From: Lobosporangium transversale
Taxonomy: Eukaryota
Assembly: GCF_002105155.1 (NCBI RefSeq)
Contig: NW_019028997.1
Span: 372,001 to 436,000, forward strand
Direction: 5' to 3'
Length of the DNA: 64,000 nucleotides
Below are positions 51,484-64,000 of the stretch, one piece after another. The notes under the pieces are model-generated. The model had not been told where the DNA came from, did no database searches, and was given only the letters and a program-made list of their open reading frames with translations. How positions within the stretch are numbered: position 1 is the stretch's first letter; each line of letters opens with the position of its first letter. The position numbers and the translations under genes are program-made.

Positions 51484-54456
51484 CTAAACTGCATGAGCAT
51501 ACCGATACACGGTGATCTCTAAATCAGGATGTAGTTGGTTATATTGTTCTAAACGCCGATAATGATCTTCAAAGTCCAATTTGCCCAGGACAATCGATAA
51601 TTTCTCCAGTTGATCTTTGGAATCGGATAATCCATCGATCGCATCCAAGATCCCCTCGAGGGACAAAAAGTTATTCTCAAGGTGAAACCGGTCCATCAAG
51701 GAGGAGGTTGACCAAGCAGAAGAAGCCATGTCACCAACACCACCACCACTGTTGCTGTTGATACTGCCTACCAAACTGCTAGTGCTAGTAGTGTTCATCA
51801 GATATGGACTGGATATTGTTGTAGAGAATGATGAGGACGAGTGAGGAAGTGGTGGCGGAGTATGATGGTGACTATAAGGAGAATAAACGTATTGAGAAAC
51901 AGGGGATGCCGTCAACGAATTCGAGACAGGAGACGATGCAGACGATGAAGAAATGGAGAGTGAAGCAAAAGGTGATTTGAGTAGATCTATACCGCCGCCA
52001 TTTCCATTCGTGGTACTGCTTACACTGACGCTAGCACTACCACTACCACTACCACTCCCACTGCCATTGCTATTGCTATTGCTATTGCTATTGCCGCCTC
52101 CGTTAGTTCCAGTACCAGCACTGCTTCCGAATGCCCCTGATGCTCTGGTACTTCCTGTGTTCTTGATTGTTCCCGAGCTAGCCGGGTTCATAAATGAGGA
52201 TATTGTTGTCGTCGAAAGAGTTCCGCCTGCTGACGATGACGTGCTCGAATCTCCAATGGCCAACCTCAGATGCTTAAGCCTTGGCATGCATCCCAATATG
52301 GTCCTTAGTGTAGAATCCGTCAAATGGTCGAAGCTTGACAGACCCAAGTATTCCAACTTGGTTAGGTACTTCAGGTTTAGGAGGGCTGCTTCAGAACATG
52401 CGCGCATCCCTGAATACTTTGAGAGATCCAATATCCTGAGTGAAGGGCAGTATTGAAATGATTGAAAGTCTAGTGGCAAATTGGATCTCCCTACCACTTT
52501 CAAGACTTGGAGTCGCGGCATTAAACACCGCCAAGAGAGGGGTGTAAGTAGCCGGTTATATCGATAAGAGTATGAGTTGGCCTTGATCACTTCAAGCGTG
52601 TCCTGGAAAGCTTCAGCAGCTTGAGACACAGTCATGGCGACACGTTCACTGTCCTCTCCTGAAAGCTCGAGTATCTTTAGTGGTATCAATGTCGGCGGGG
52701 AATTATGGGTCGAGATGATGGCTGACGAGGAGCTCAGATTGGATGTTAGCAGCGCAGCCTAGCGATTTGTAGGTTTAGAAGTTCGTAGAATGTTAGAAAG
52801 CGAGGATAAATAAGTTTATGGGAGACCCATTGAATTTCAAGCTATCCTGGAAAGAAGATATCTTTTTTTTTTTTTTTTTTTTTTTTTTTTCTTTTTTATA
52901 GAAACAGCTTAGTTCAATGTATTTACCTCAAAATCTCTACGTTCCTGAACTGCCCACTCCAACACGTCTTCGTCGACTGGATCTAACAACAGCTCTTCTA
53001 ATTGGCGGCACTGACTCAGGAAGGAACTGACCGGCATTCTACCATCTTGTCCTGATGATGAGCCTGTCGTTTGTCCCGCCAGACCATGTTGTTGTTGTTC
53101 TTCTGTTATAGATGTGTATGGTGTGTACTCTGGTTTCAATGTACCACAATTTAGTTTCAAGACTTTCAAGCTCTTGTAAGGGATCGTATTCAACCGTGCC
53201 TTTAGTGACTCAAATCCTGTTAGCTCCAGTACTTTCAAATGCTCTACTTGTGAAATCAAATCGCTGAACCGTTCATCCATAGGGGTTTCATGTTTATCTG
53301 GAAGATATCCCTCTAGCTCCATCATCCTCACTGTCCCGAAGAGTTTGTTATGCTGCTTCATAAATTCAATTGGTCCAGATACATCCCAGTCCTCTTGACA
53401 ACAAGCCTTGATGCGCTGCAGCTTCTCCAGTTTTGGAATTAAGGGTATCATGTCTTGCAGCTCCACACTTTCCAAATAAAGTTCCCGAATGCGTTCAGGT
53501 GAATGACTGAGGAGTCTCCATTCAATTCTAAAGGCGTCGTCGATAGAAGGGAAGACTTTCCAAATGATGAGTCGTAGCCCTGGATGGTGAAGATGCGTGT
53601 AATGAGCCAAGTAGTCGACCATTGGTCTGAAATATTCTGTCTCAATCTCCAGATTCAAGCCCAGCTTTTGTGATAACAATGTTGAGGAGGCCCACACGGC
53701 AGCCGCAGCTTTGTCTTTTTCGGTATCGTTGTCGCTGGCAGTTTTGGACGAGGCGGCATTCATTGTGACACTGGCCTCGTACTCCTCTTCGGACAGCGTG
53801 CAGTTTAAGAGCACCCAGAGAAGCTGCATTTTTTTCCGCTTCACAAGTTTCTCTCGTTGATCTTTTTGGAGAACAGCCTCATTCCTGCCTTGATGGAATG
53901 CGTCGCCTGTCCAGCTCCTGGTGCTACTATGACTACTGCTTCGACTGTGGGTACGTGGAGCATACCCAAGTCCGTATCCTCCATTGGACGAAGAAATGGT
54001 GCTTGTCCTACGCGTGTTACTCTGGCTTCTTCCCGAGCGGACACTCTCAGTGGCTGTACCATCGCTAGTAGTACTCGACTCTGAAGTTGTGTTACGGCTG
54101 ACTGATCTACTGCGTGTCTCTCCCACTGTTCCTGCATTGGCGCCCTGTACTTCTACAGGTATTGGTGAAAGTAACGGTGACTGTGGCGTTAGTGATGAGG
54201 GTCCTTTCTTCAAGACCTGGGAGTATGCAGACAACTTTGGCCAGGTGGCATCAACAAGTGCCATGGGGCTACGGTAGAGGAATGGGAGGACCATTTGGAA
54301 CCATGTCTTGTTCATGAGCAAGAGACTGTAGAGTGCATGACAATCGTTTGACAAGTATTCGAGGATGACTTGAATGCATTCCAAAGGTAGATTCTCAAGC
54401 GATGGTCCCAATGAAGTAACGACTTCCTCTCCTGACGATGGCGTAAATGCGTCCAT
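51484..54456 (-). CDS. F-box / RNI-like LRR protein with low-complexity inserts, 2 exons
   Basis: LPLECIQVILEYL..LYSLLLMNKTWFQMVLPFLYRSP (fungal F-box-like); LRR-type segments CPSLRILDLS, LTKLEYLGLS, MPRLKHLRL. Confidence 0.8.
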
Positions 54457-54647
54457 GACTTTTTTTTTAAAAAAAATAAACTGAATGAGATTAATTCACA
54501 AAAGGATTGTATAAAGCAACAAAGAGAAACGGAATATTTATACTTTTTCTAATGGGCGAAATAAAAGTAAATGTAAAAAGCCTTAATATAATTTTATTAA
54601 GAGTCTAATCTATCAAACTTCCATGGGTACGAGGTAGTAGATTTTTT

Positions 54648-55139
54648 TTAGTTCCAAGAAAGGTCTCCAAAGGCGCTAGAGTAATTCATGGATAACAAAA
54701 AGATAAACAAGGGTGTCAATACTATTGGACGCATACCAAAAGTCAATATCCGGAAACAATTGTGGAGAAATTTCAAACCTATTGTTCTTGTTGTTGCTTG
54801 GAGGGGGGCTAGCCACTGGTGATTTTGTTGCATCGGCAATCATGCTGAAAAGATCGCCTCCTTGCGGAACACCACCACCACCACCATTGGATCCATTTTG
54901 AGGCCCAAAGCCATTATTGAGGCTTTTCCCGAAGCCATTGTTATTATTTGCCCCAAAGAAGTTATTATTGTTATTAATATTATTGTTATTAGCATTACTG
55001 GTGCTAGAGCCCATACCAAATATATCAAAAGATGACGCTGAAGGCGCAGGTGCTGAAGCTTGTTGCATATCTCCAAATCCATCATCATTACCCCACGGAT
55101 TATGCTGCTGTTGTTGCTGTTGTTGCTGTTGTTGCTGTC

Positions 55140-55176
<37 letters not shown>

Positions 55177-56694
55177 TTGTGGTTGTCCAAAACCGAAAGC
55201 ATCAATACCTTGGAGCTGACCAAAGGGTGCGCTATTAAATCCACCTGTGTTGGGCTTGGGAGCGGAAGATTGGTTTCCGTATAAAGACATGATCGAGTTC
55301 TTCCAGTCAGTATTAGCAACAGGTTTTGCTGCCTGTGGTCCGTTATTACTGGATGGAGCTGAAGGTTGATTGGTTGTGCTAGTAATCGAAAACAAGTCCT
55401 GAGTAGCACTGCCTGAGACGAGTTTTGGTGCCTGAACTTGAGTGCTTTGTGCAGGTGTAGAGTCATTCAATCCAAAAAAATCCACTGGGGCTGCAGAAGC
55501 TTGCGCCGGTTTGGCTGGCGATGCAGACCGCTGTCCGATTGAAAAAAGATCAGCACCTTGTAGACCGGGTGAAGCTGCAGGTTTAGGGAAGGAGGATCGG
55601 GTTGGATTTGCTGGTGGGGGTGCGATATTTCCTGCAAATGAACCAGAAGTATCCTTGGATCTATTCATTTGTGCCTGTGGTCGGGACTGGCTATCTGACT
55701 TTCCATACTAAAAAAAAAAAGAGCCAAACATTGACATTGGGTGGTTAAGAGGAGAAAAAAAAGGGGCTAATTTGATCCGCAATAAAAAAAAACCGACTTC
55801 GCGTGAGAAAATATTTTGGCCCATACCAATTCCATAAGCATTGCTTCATCTATAGGCCCAAGCTCGGATGGGTCAGGGAAAGATCCCTTCCTCGCAAATT
55901 GTTTGTGTTCGTACTTTGAACGGATCCAGGGGTCGATTCCTGAAGTGCTATTGTGAAGGAAGGAAATATACTATGATTAATACAATAAAGCTCCTTTAAC
56001 ATTGTTTGAGTATTTTAATCCTGCACAGCAAACTTACGATTCATTTGGAATGCTGTTTGCTGGAAGGCGAGCTTCCCAGTACATATTGGCTTTTTCATTG
56101 CCCCACTTGATCATATTCTCCACCTGTTCTGGTGTCCAGCTGTCCAGATCCACGGATTTGACTATCAATGAGAGGAATATCAGATAAAGAATCACAAGCC
56201 TATCATTTGTTCACGAATCACATAAGCTGGCTCTAACTTACCTTTAGTGATATGAGTTCCCATTGAACGATGGACGCCAGAGCAGCGAATGCACATGAAG
56301 CATCCAAGATTGAAGCTATGACAACAAACAATTACCACATCATTTTTTTTTTTTTTAGTGCTTGAATTAGCAAAAGCAGCTGCATGACTCCATACAAGTT
56401 ATCAAACCTCACCTAGCCCATCGAGGATCTAAAAGAGAATATAATGATAAAGTGCAAGGAGTTGCCTCAGTAAAGCTTCAAAGCGGTTGTAAAAAGTCTG
56501 CAAATGAACAAAAAAAAAAAGGTCGAATAAGCAGGCTTGGACAGAATGTGGACCAAGGCCACTAGAGCAGTCATACCTTTCTTGCGACAATCCACACAAA
56601 ACTTGTTTTCGGGCTTTTGCAAAAGCTTCTTGAGGATGCGTGTATGTTTATCATTGGTAGATTTGTCTGCGGTGCGGGATTGTCGTGTGGACAT
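54648..56694 (-). CDS. ArfGAP of the SMAP1/2-Age2 type, multi-exon
   Basis: NKFCVDCRKK|DPRWA|..CFMCIRCSGVHRSMGTHITK|KSVDLDSWT..WGNEKAN.YWEA..WIRSKYE; KNSIMSLYG motif; ends SAFGDLSWN. Confidence 0.93.
55103..55180 (-). repeat. CAG/CAA tract (polyQ) in the ArfGAP gene
   Basis: (tgc/tgt)n on the plus strand. Confidence 0.9.
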
Positions 56695-57437
56695 TGTGTA
56701 GATGAGATGATGGAGTGGAGTGAAGCAAGATGAGTTTTTTTGAATTGAAGTTTATTGAATCAATACATGGAAGATGTAACAAAGAAAGAAAAAGGGGTTG
56801 CAAATAAGGATTATTTCCATTCCTTAAATGCACGATGGCGAAGTCTACACCCAAAAGTTCATAAACGTGTAAGTAAAAAGTAAAACTGCGGTCAAAATCA
56901 TATTTCTTTAAATAAGTTTAAAAAATATATATAATTTTGACTGCGCCCCTTTTTGAATCTTTCTAGTTGATTATATTTTTATAATGTTATAACTGCTTTT
57001 TTCTCTTCCTTTCCAGTCACCCAATAGTCGATTAGGATTGAAGGGTGTGTTCTGTTTGTTTTGTATGTGGAGGGAAGGGAATAGCACGTTTTTTTATTTT
57101 GAGGGTACCACAACCAATAAAGTCCTCCACGCTCTCAATTCCCATTTTCTCCATACTTTTCTCTTTTTCATTTCATTTTAGAGACATTCATACTCATGAG
57201 TTCTTACTCATATTCATTTGGTAAAAAAAAGCTAAAAATATAATATCTATAAAAGTTATATGAAGCCCGAATTATAACAGAAATGGATTGTGACTCCTGC
57301 TGGTTCACACTTCTCTATGAACTTGCAATTGTGCTTGATTCGAAATGTTTTTATACTGTTGAACATAATCACTTTTCTAGATGTTGCAGTAACTAGGAAT
57401 ATAATTGAGGTATTTTCTAATCTAGCAAAGAGAGAAA

Positions 57438-57471
<34 letters not shown>

Positions 57472-59302
57472 GGTTGGTTGGATATCCAATCCGAACTAAC
57501 GATCAGGAGACGTGCCAGTTGTGCACATCACAGCAAAGGTACAACAGATAAATAGCCGAACAAACTCGGACCATGTGTTTGTTAAAGCGACGTCGTTGGT
57601 GTATTGGTCCCTCTTTTGTAGAAGCAGACAGGGATAAAGGAGGTAGTTTGCGTCACGGTACAAAAGAAAAGAAAAGAAATAAAGATTGACCTTTGAAGCA
57701 AAGGGGACTAGGAAGAATGTAAACACACATTTATCCCTGGTTGCAAGTCAAGAAGGAAAGTCATGGGAAAGTGTCGGTTTTTTGATTTGTTAGACTTGTA
57801 AACCTTTTGGTTTCTATTCGAGTCATGCTCATGGTAATAGTTTAAACGTGAGAACGGACAGAGCACATGGATCTTTTTCAATTTGAAATGAGCTGAGCAG
57901 CATTTTTTTAAATTATCGAGATAACTAAACAAAAAGTAAAAGGATCATCCTAAATTATTTTTTTTTGGCACCTTAAAAAAGTGTTGATGGATAGTTTGCA
58001 TTTCATTAAATGAAGCAGAGGTACATGTACATGTGTTGATTACGAGATCGAAATAGCAATAGCAACAATGGCGATAGACTATCCTTCAGGTCAATGCATG
58101 AATGCATCGTTTTGTTTTTAAATTTTTTTTTTTTAAACCTGATGATAATCTTTTTTAAATCGCATGAGGTTTAGATGCACATGTTCATTTATACCCAAGA
58201 TAGAGATGTGTAAAAAATAAAAAAATAAAAAAAAAAAGGCAAAGGAGGAGAGTGAAATTAATGAATGGAGGCATTAGACATAAACAAAATTGTTCCCCTG
58301 TGTTGCCACTATTCCACATAATACATGTAATCCTCCTTTCTCCCTCTTTTTCCTTACCCATAAAAGGATTAAAAAGCAGAAAGGAAGAAAGTTGGCAAGC
58401 TTTGCCACCCTTGATATTGATAAAAAAAATATCATAGTGGCATTTTTAATTTTTTAAAAAAAGTTAGACTAGAACGGACACACCCAAGTGCAGTTGTGTG
58501 CAGTTGTCCCGCGGGGCAATTGAGTGTATATAGAAAACGCAGCACATCGTCATTGAACTGAGAGCCAACAAAATAAAAAAAAAAAAAGACTATTTAAACC
58601 TGGCAAAAAAGCAAGCACGGTTGTCTCTTTCTTTTTATACCTCTCTTTTCTCTTCCCTTCTCTTCTTTTCTCTTCTCTTCTCTTCTTTCTTCTCTTCTCT
58701 CCTCTCATTTCTCTTTTCTCTTTTTTCTTTTTTTTTTTTTTTTTTTTTTTTTCCATCCTTTTGCTCATTTTCTACTCTGGGCCACTTCTTTCTCTAACCC
58801 CCTCCTTCCATTGTCTTTTCTTTTTCATTCATCCATCCCTATTCATTGTCTCTCTTCCCACGCTGTTATTTGTCTCTATTTTATTTTATTTTATTTTACC
58901 TCATCATTTGATTGCAACGCACCATTCCAATCCTCAGAGCAAACAGAAACAACTCTAATCCTCTCTTTCTTATTCGCTCTTCAAAGATCAGCCATCTGAT
59001 CTGTTCGCTTCTTCCCTTTTTTAGCCTTTGTCTCTTTATAATCCCCATCTATTTTGCTCATTCTTGTAAAGGATCAGCTCTAAAACAAGCAAGTTTAAAA
59101 ACAGGGTTAAAAGAACGCAACAAAAGGCTCATTCCAACAGTTACTTCGCCTATTTCTTTTACTCCGCCCCTACTCTTTCACTCCTCGCTGTTGCAAATGA
59201 TCAACCGGCATTGTCTACATCCGCGAACGTGAAAAGAAAAAAAAAAAAATAAAAGGAAAAAATAAAGTGAAGAGAAACCTGATATTAAAAAAAAGTGCCA
59301 CC

Positions 59303-62036
59303 ATGTCAACACATTCTACAGACTCTTCCACTTCGTTTTCAATGCATCCTCTCACACAACCACTGCCGGTCCAAGTCCCCCTTCAGACCCAGCATCAATC
59401 CTCTAGTCCAACTTCATTTTACTCTGCTTCTCCAACATCTCTTCCCTCCGGACCAATCTCCCCATTGTCTTCATGCTCCCTTCCTGACAATGGTCCATTA
59501 TCGCTTAATCATTTCCCAATATCATCCCATGAAGAAGGCATGCAACCATCACAAGCAAAGCGTTCTCTATCATTCTCCTTGTGCACCAACCCTGATCGAA
59601 CTCAAGATAGCACTACCAACCATGTCGTGGGCTTTGGTTTAAGAGCCTCGAAACAGCCAAACAGCCACCATGGTACTTCAATAACCGACTATCCCCAGCA
59701 TTCTCATTACAATAACAGTATTGGTAACAATAACAATAACGATGCAGCCGTAGCTCTTACAGATCCCCCCAATGTCTCTCAGTCCTTGTATCAATCTAAC
59801 AAACCTAACCAGACTGCAATCTCTTTCAGTTCATCGCTCCCGCCTTCCCTCAAACAACGGCCTAAACCACCATCACGACTAAAGAGTGACCTACTCTATT
59901 CGCCTCTTGGGCATGCCCAGAATCCTGCCACTTCAAGTGCACCCTCTTCCAATTTACACTATACTTCCAGTGGGCAGAATTCTCCCGGTGCTTCGATCTG
60001 CTCCTCCGATGACTCCGTTTCGGATTCACCCACATCCGGTCCTGACGAGACCAACAATCTCTCTGATCATTCTTGCTCTCCTCTCTCTGCCTTGAACAAA
60101 AGGAAATCACTCGGTGCACTTCTGGCCGCCAATACCTTAGCCGCGAGTAGCAACAGCAACAACATTATCGTCAACAACAGCAACCACTCTACTCCCACAC
60201 GCAAAGAGGTACTCTCGCCCACTTTTCGCGCAAAACATGCGGTTCAGAAATCACCCACTTCTTTTACAGCCCAGTTACCGACAGAACCCTCTGGAAAGAG
60301 AGCCTATGTCCCCACAAGTCCCCGTGTTCAATCACCCTCAGCAATAACAGCCCAGATCCAATCCTTCTGGTCATCATCACCAGAAAATCTCGACAAAAAC
60401 GCACCGGACACGGATCGTAACCCAAGCCCAACAGTCGAACGTCAAAATCTCGACAATGAGAATGATGCAGATGCAGAAAATGACTTGGGCGACCTGGATG
60501 ATGGTGACGACTCGTGGCATTCTGCAGACGAGGACTTTGGAGGAGAGACTAGCGCCTATCATTCTGGTTCTCCAGCCCTTCCACTTGTGCCCTTCACAAA
60601 CCAAGTGGGCGGCCATGCGTCTTTTCTTCGCTTCTCTAATAAGGCAATCTGTAAACCTGTCTCCCAGAACGAACAAGTGTTTTACGAATATATTGAAATA
60701 CACCATCCAGAAGTCTTGCCTTATATTCCTGCTTACCTAGGTGTACTGAATGTCACTTATCGCCAGCTGCCGGATCCTGAAAACGGAGACCGACCAGGAG
60801 AGCTAGTTCCTGAAGTCGTACTGGAACAGAACCGACACATTGTCACAGATGCGATGTTGGAAAAGATGAAAAAATCCTGGAAATGGCCCTCAACACCTGG
60901 ACGATTTCCAGGATCGACAGTTGATATCGTAGAAGAAGGGCGATCGTTGGATAGCCGACCTGGCCATCTTCGTGAACGGTATCTAAATGCCTTCTCAGGG
61001 GCGTCTTCTGTTCCTACACACTCCAGTCTCCCAACATCATCCGTCTCAAGTTCAACCAGCCTTTCAAAGATCAGGGGGTTGACAAGGATCAACCTGGCAC
61101 TCAAAGAGAAGGTTTTGCGTGAAGTGCTCTCTCCTCACTCCTTAAGAGCACGAGCAAAAGCGTTCAGACAACATTTTGGTTTCACTTCAAAGTCACGTAA
61201 TGGCTGCTCTGCTTCCCATGATTCGCATGATGAAGAATGTGGAGATAGATCCAAACATGTCACTCGGCGTCACTCTCTCTCGAATCTTAATTTGGCAATG
61301 TCCTCCCGTGAAGAGCACAAGCGAAGAGAGATGGCCACTTCTAGTGCCCGCTGTAGTTCGGAGGCAACTTCATGTTTCACTGACCAGCCTAAACCCAATC
61401 ATCAAGTAGAATCAGATAGGACATCGGTGCATCCGACTCTTAAGAAACCTCTTCATCAGGAGTCAGTATCAAATACCAAAGACATTGATTCAAATGGCAT
61501 AAATCATGATATGTTCCAGATGGATGATCTTGAACTTCCCGGGACCATGCTTGAATCCCCCTCGATTGACAGCAACCATCCCACCATCCAAGGTACGGAG
61601 AAGGGACCTTCACAAACAGAAGCTCAAAATGGTTCGCCCATCGCCATAAATCGCAATGAATGGATTATAGAAGGCTCAGGAAGTATTCCAAACTCTGGAG
61701 CTGAACAGCCTCATTTGTTCACAACCCCTGATCTCGGAAGGCAAGTGCAACAGGCTAATTTCGCTGCAGAGAATGCTGAAAAGGAGTTGCCCGAACAGGC
61801 GCTGCGACCATCACAGGCTGTCCCTGGAAAGTATATTCTCTTGGAGGATCTTACAGACGGTCTCCAAGCGCCTTGTATCCTTGACATCAAGATGGGTACT
61901 CGACAATATGGCGTTTGGGTCACTGAGAAGAAGATGAAAAGTCAGACACGTAAATGTCAAAAGACAACAAGTTACGAAACGGGCATTAGGATCTGTGGCA
62001 TGCAGGTGAGAAAGAATTTCTCGGGAAAGCTTACTC

Positions 62037-62073
<37 letters not shown>

Positions 62074-62798
62074 TTATTATTATACAAACCTTTACTGATA
62101 AAGTCTCTTTTGCAACCTCAATATTCATATAGGTTTACAACGTCACAACTGGCCGCTTCCTGTTCCAAGACAAATATTATGGTCGGAAGCTGACAAAAGA
62201 AACATTACCACTCACCTTGCGCGAATTCTTATTTAACGGAGAGAAAGTTATCCTGAACCATATTCCACCGCTGCAGAGGAAGTTGAGGGGTCTTGCCAGG
62301 ATCATCAAGAACCTCGTAGGATACCGCTTTTATTCCAGCAGTCTACTCATTTACTATGACGGAGTCACTGGAATGTCCCATCATAGTAACAACAGCTCTC
62401 CAAGAGCAGAGCCATTAGACCAAATGTCCTCATCATCTGCTGTGGAACCACCATCAGGCACACCGATGATCACAAAAACAGAACCTTTAGGGACTTCCTC
62501 GAATAGATCGTTGGAACGTCTCCATACCCGTCAAAATTCCAAAAGATTTCAGGATCATTGCAGGACAGATCTTAAAGTCATTGATTTTGCGCATTGTACA
62601 GCGGGTATTTTCGAAGAGGGTAACATACCGCCCTACCCGCCGATGCATCCAGATGAGCCTGACAAAGGATATTTGCTCGGCTTGAAGAACCTAATGATGA
62701 TTTTCCGCGATATCTGGGACCAAAATGGTGGCGATAAGGCGATTTCACAGGCATGGCTCAAGGAGGAAGAGGAACTTTGGGCAGGAGTCTGGGACTAA
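59303..62798 (+). CDS. KCS1: Inositol hexakisphosphate kinase (Kcs1/IP6K), 2 exons
   Basis: PFTNQVGGH, E..FYE, YILLEDLT, PCILDIKMGTRQYG (PxxxDxKxG), GIRICGMQ|V, YRFYSSSLLIYYDG, KVIDFAH, PDKGYLLGL. Confidence 0.95.
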
Positions 62799-63212
62799 GC
62801 AACCTGCATCATTTATTTTACTCTATTTTTTTTTTTTTTTATCTGATCACTTGTTTTTTTTTACTTTTTTCTTTTACATATTTTCTAGCAACATTGTTTT
62901 AGCTCCTTTCATATTTTTTTATGAGTCTATTTGTTCATTTCATATCCTATTTGTATAGTCCTTCTTTCTTTCGCATCTTTGTACAATAGTAATTGTAACT
63001 CACAAGACACATTTATTTTTTTACTTTCCTTTGAACCATTGATGATGATGTTTATGCTATTTGCGAACCACATCTGATAAACAATCTATCCTTTTCCTTT
63101 TTTTTTTTCGTATGGTGGTCCACAATGGTTTTCAAGGACACTCCAGATGCACGTGAAAGTGAAGGCTCATTTTTTTTCTTGCTTTGATTTTCATTCTTGG
63201 CATTCATGGCCA

Positions 63213-63243
<31 letters not shown>

Positions 63244-63384
63244 GTAAATAAAAATAAAAAAAAATTATAAAAGAAAAAAATATTTATAATTGGGTATCAA
63301 TGTATACATTAATATGTATATCATTTTGATCAAGTAAAGAAAAAAAAAAGAAAAAAAGGCTATTATTCCTCCTTTTCCTCCTCT

Positions 63385-64000
63385 TTAGGGTTTGATTACT
63401 TTCTGTAGGACAGGAATCACCAACTGGCGTTGCATATCACCAAATGTGACCTGAATCGTGATTTTGTCGGTTCCATCCCATTCTTGTTGTGCTCTATTTG
63501 TATTTGTATTTATATTTCCCCTAGTGATCGTTGTGGGGAGGAAGGGAGGCAAGTAGCGTATCCTGGACAGTGCTGTGTTGAGTTGTGCCATCGTCACATT
63601 CTCTCCTAGATCCATCTCAACCCGTCGCGTACCTGCCGCAGACGCATCCATGACTATGTAACCTTCCTGAACAACGATCAGGATGGCAGCCCTTTTTGTA
63701 ATGAGCGTGTTGTTACTAAACTCTGTAGTAGTAGCAGTAGCAGTAATAGTAGCACTATTAGTCCCTCCTCTTACAAAAACTGCATCTATTCCTCGGAACG
63801 CTCCAGGTACTTTTTCAAACAATGAATTCATAGGTGTCATTGAGGTCGTAAGAGAAGAAGAAGAAGAAGAAGACGACTTGGTCATAGGATAGACCAGTTT
63901 TTCAGGTCCTTGTAATGTCGGTGCTGATGACGATGACGATGATCCTCGAGTAAACAGGTCCAATCCCCAAAGCTTGATAGCCGTTGCAACCACACTACCA
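63385..64000 (-). CDS. C-terminal end of an unknown protein (start outside window), last domain cadherin-like/Ig-like
   Basis: Open frame to the window edge; QLNTALSRIRYLP..WDGTDKITIQVT resembles the lNaaL..l.Y.P..f.G.D.l.v.v pattern. Confidence 0.55.
   Translation of the reverse strand, partial: GSVVATAIKLWGLDLFTRGSSSSSSAPTLQGPEKLVYPMTKSSSSSSSSLTTSMTPMNSLFEKVPGAFRGIDAVFVRGGTNSATITATATTTEFSNNTLITKRAAILIVVQEGYIVMDASAAGTRRVEMDLGENVTMAQLNTALSRIRYLPPFLPTTITRGNINTNTNRAQQEWDGTDKITIQVTFGDMQRQLVIPVLQKVIKP

Noticed and set aside
54917..55284. Poly-Cys, poly-Leu and poly-Val ORFs (similar ones at 35309 and 32459)
   Set aside because: Antisense translations of polyQ/polyT trinucleotide tracts.

Overview
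Eukaryotic, intron-rich fungal DNA. The gene families and long poly(A/T) tracts suggest an early-diverging fungus of the Mortierellaceae (inferred). Conserved genes: double-PHD protein (partial), S1/P1 nuclease, NME6-like NDP kinase, probable FIRRM/C1orf112-like protein, VPS18, isochorismatase-domain protein, SKI2, F-box/LRR protein, SMAP/Age2-type ArfGAP and KCS1. Two TE-rich islands interrupt them. Island 1 (~9.1-26.3 kb) holds Tc1-like, Ty3/Gypsy, Helitron, piggyBac and probable MULE remnants, a broken Crinkler-NTPase gene and an intact ~830-codon LRR ORF. That ORF has 12 near-identical 84-bp repeats varying mainly at the exposed xLxLxxN positions, and an N-terminal domain resembling the C-terminal domain of Roco/TORNADO1 proteins. 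It lies between two ~830-bp direct repeats that are the 5' part of the Helitron. This is the best candidate for an undescribed system: a Helitron-associated, repeat-shuffling LRR receptor-like gene. Island 2 (~38-45 kb) holds tyrosine-recombinase elements (DIRS-like, Crypton/NDC10-like), a template-switch micro-inversion and a MITE-like foldback. All calls come from reading motifs by eye; no searches were run.
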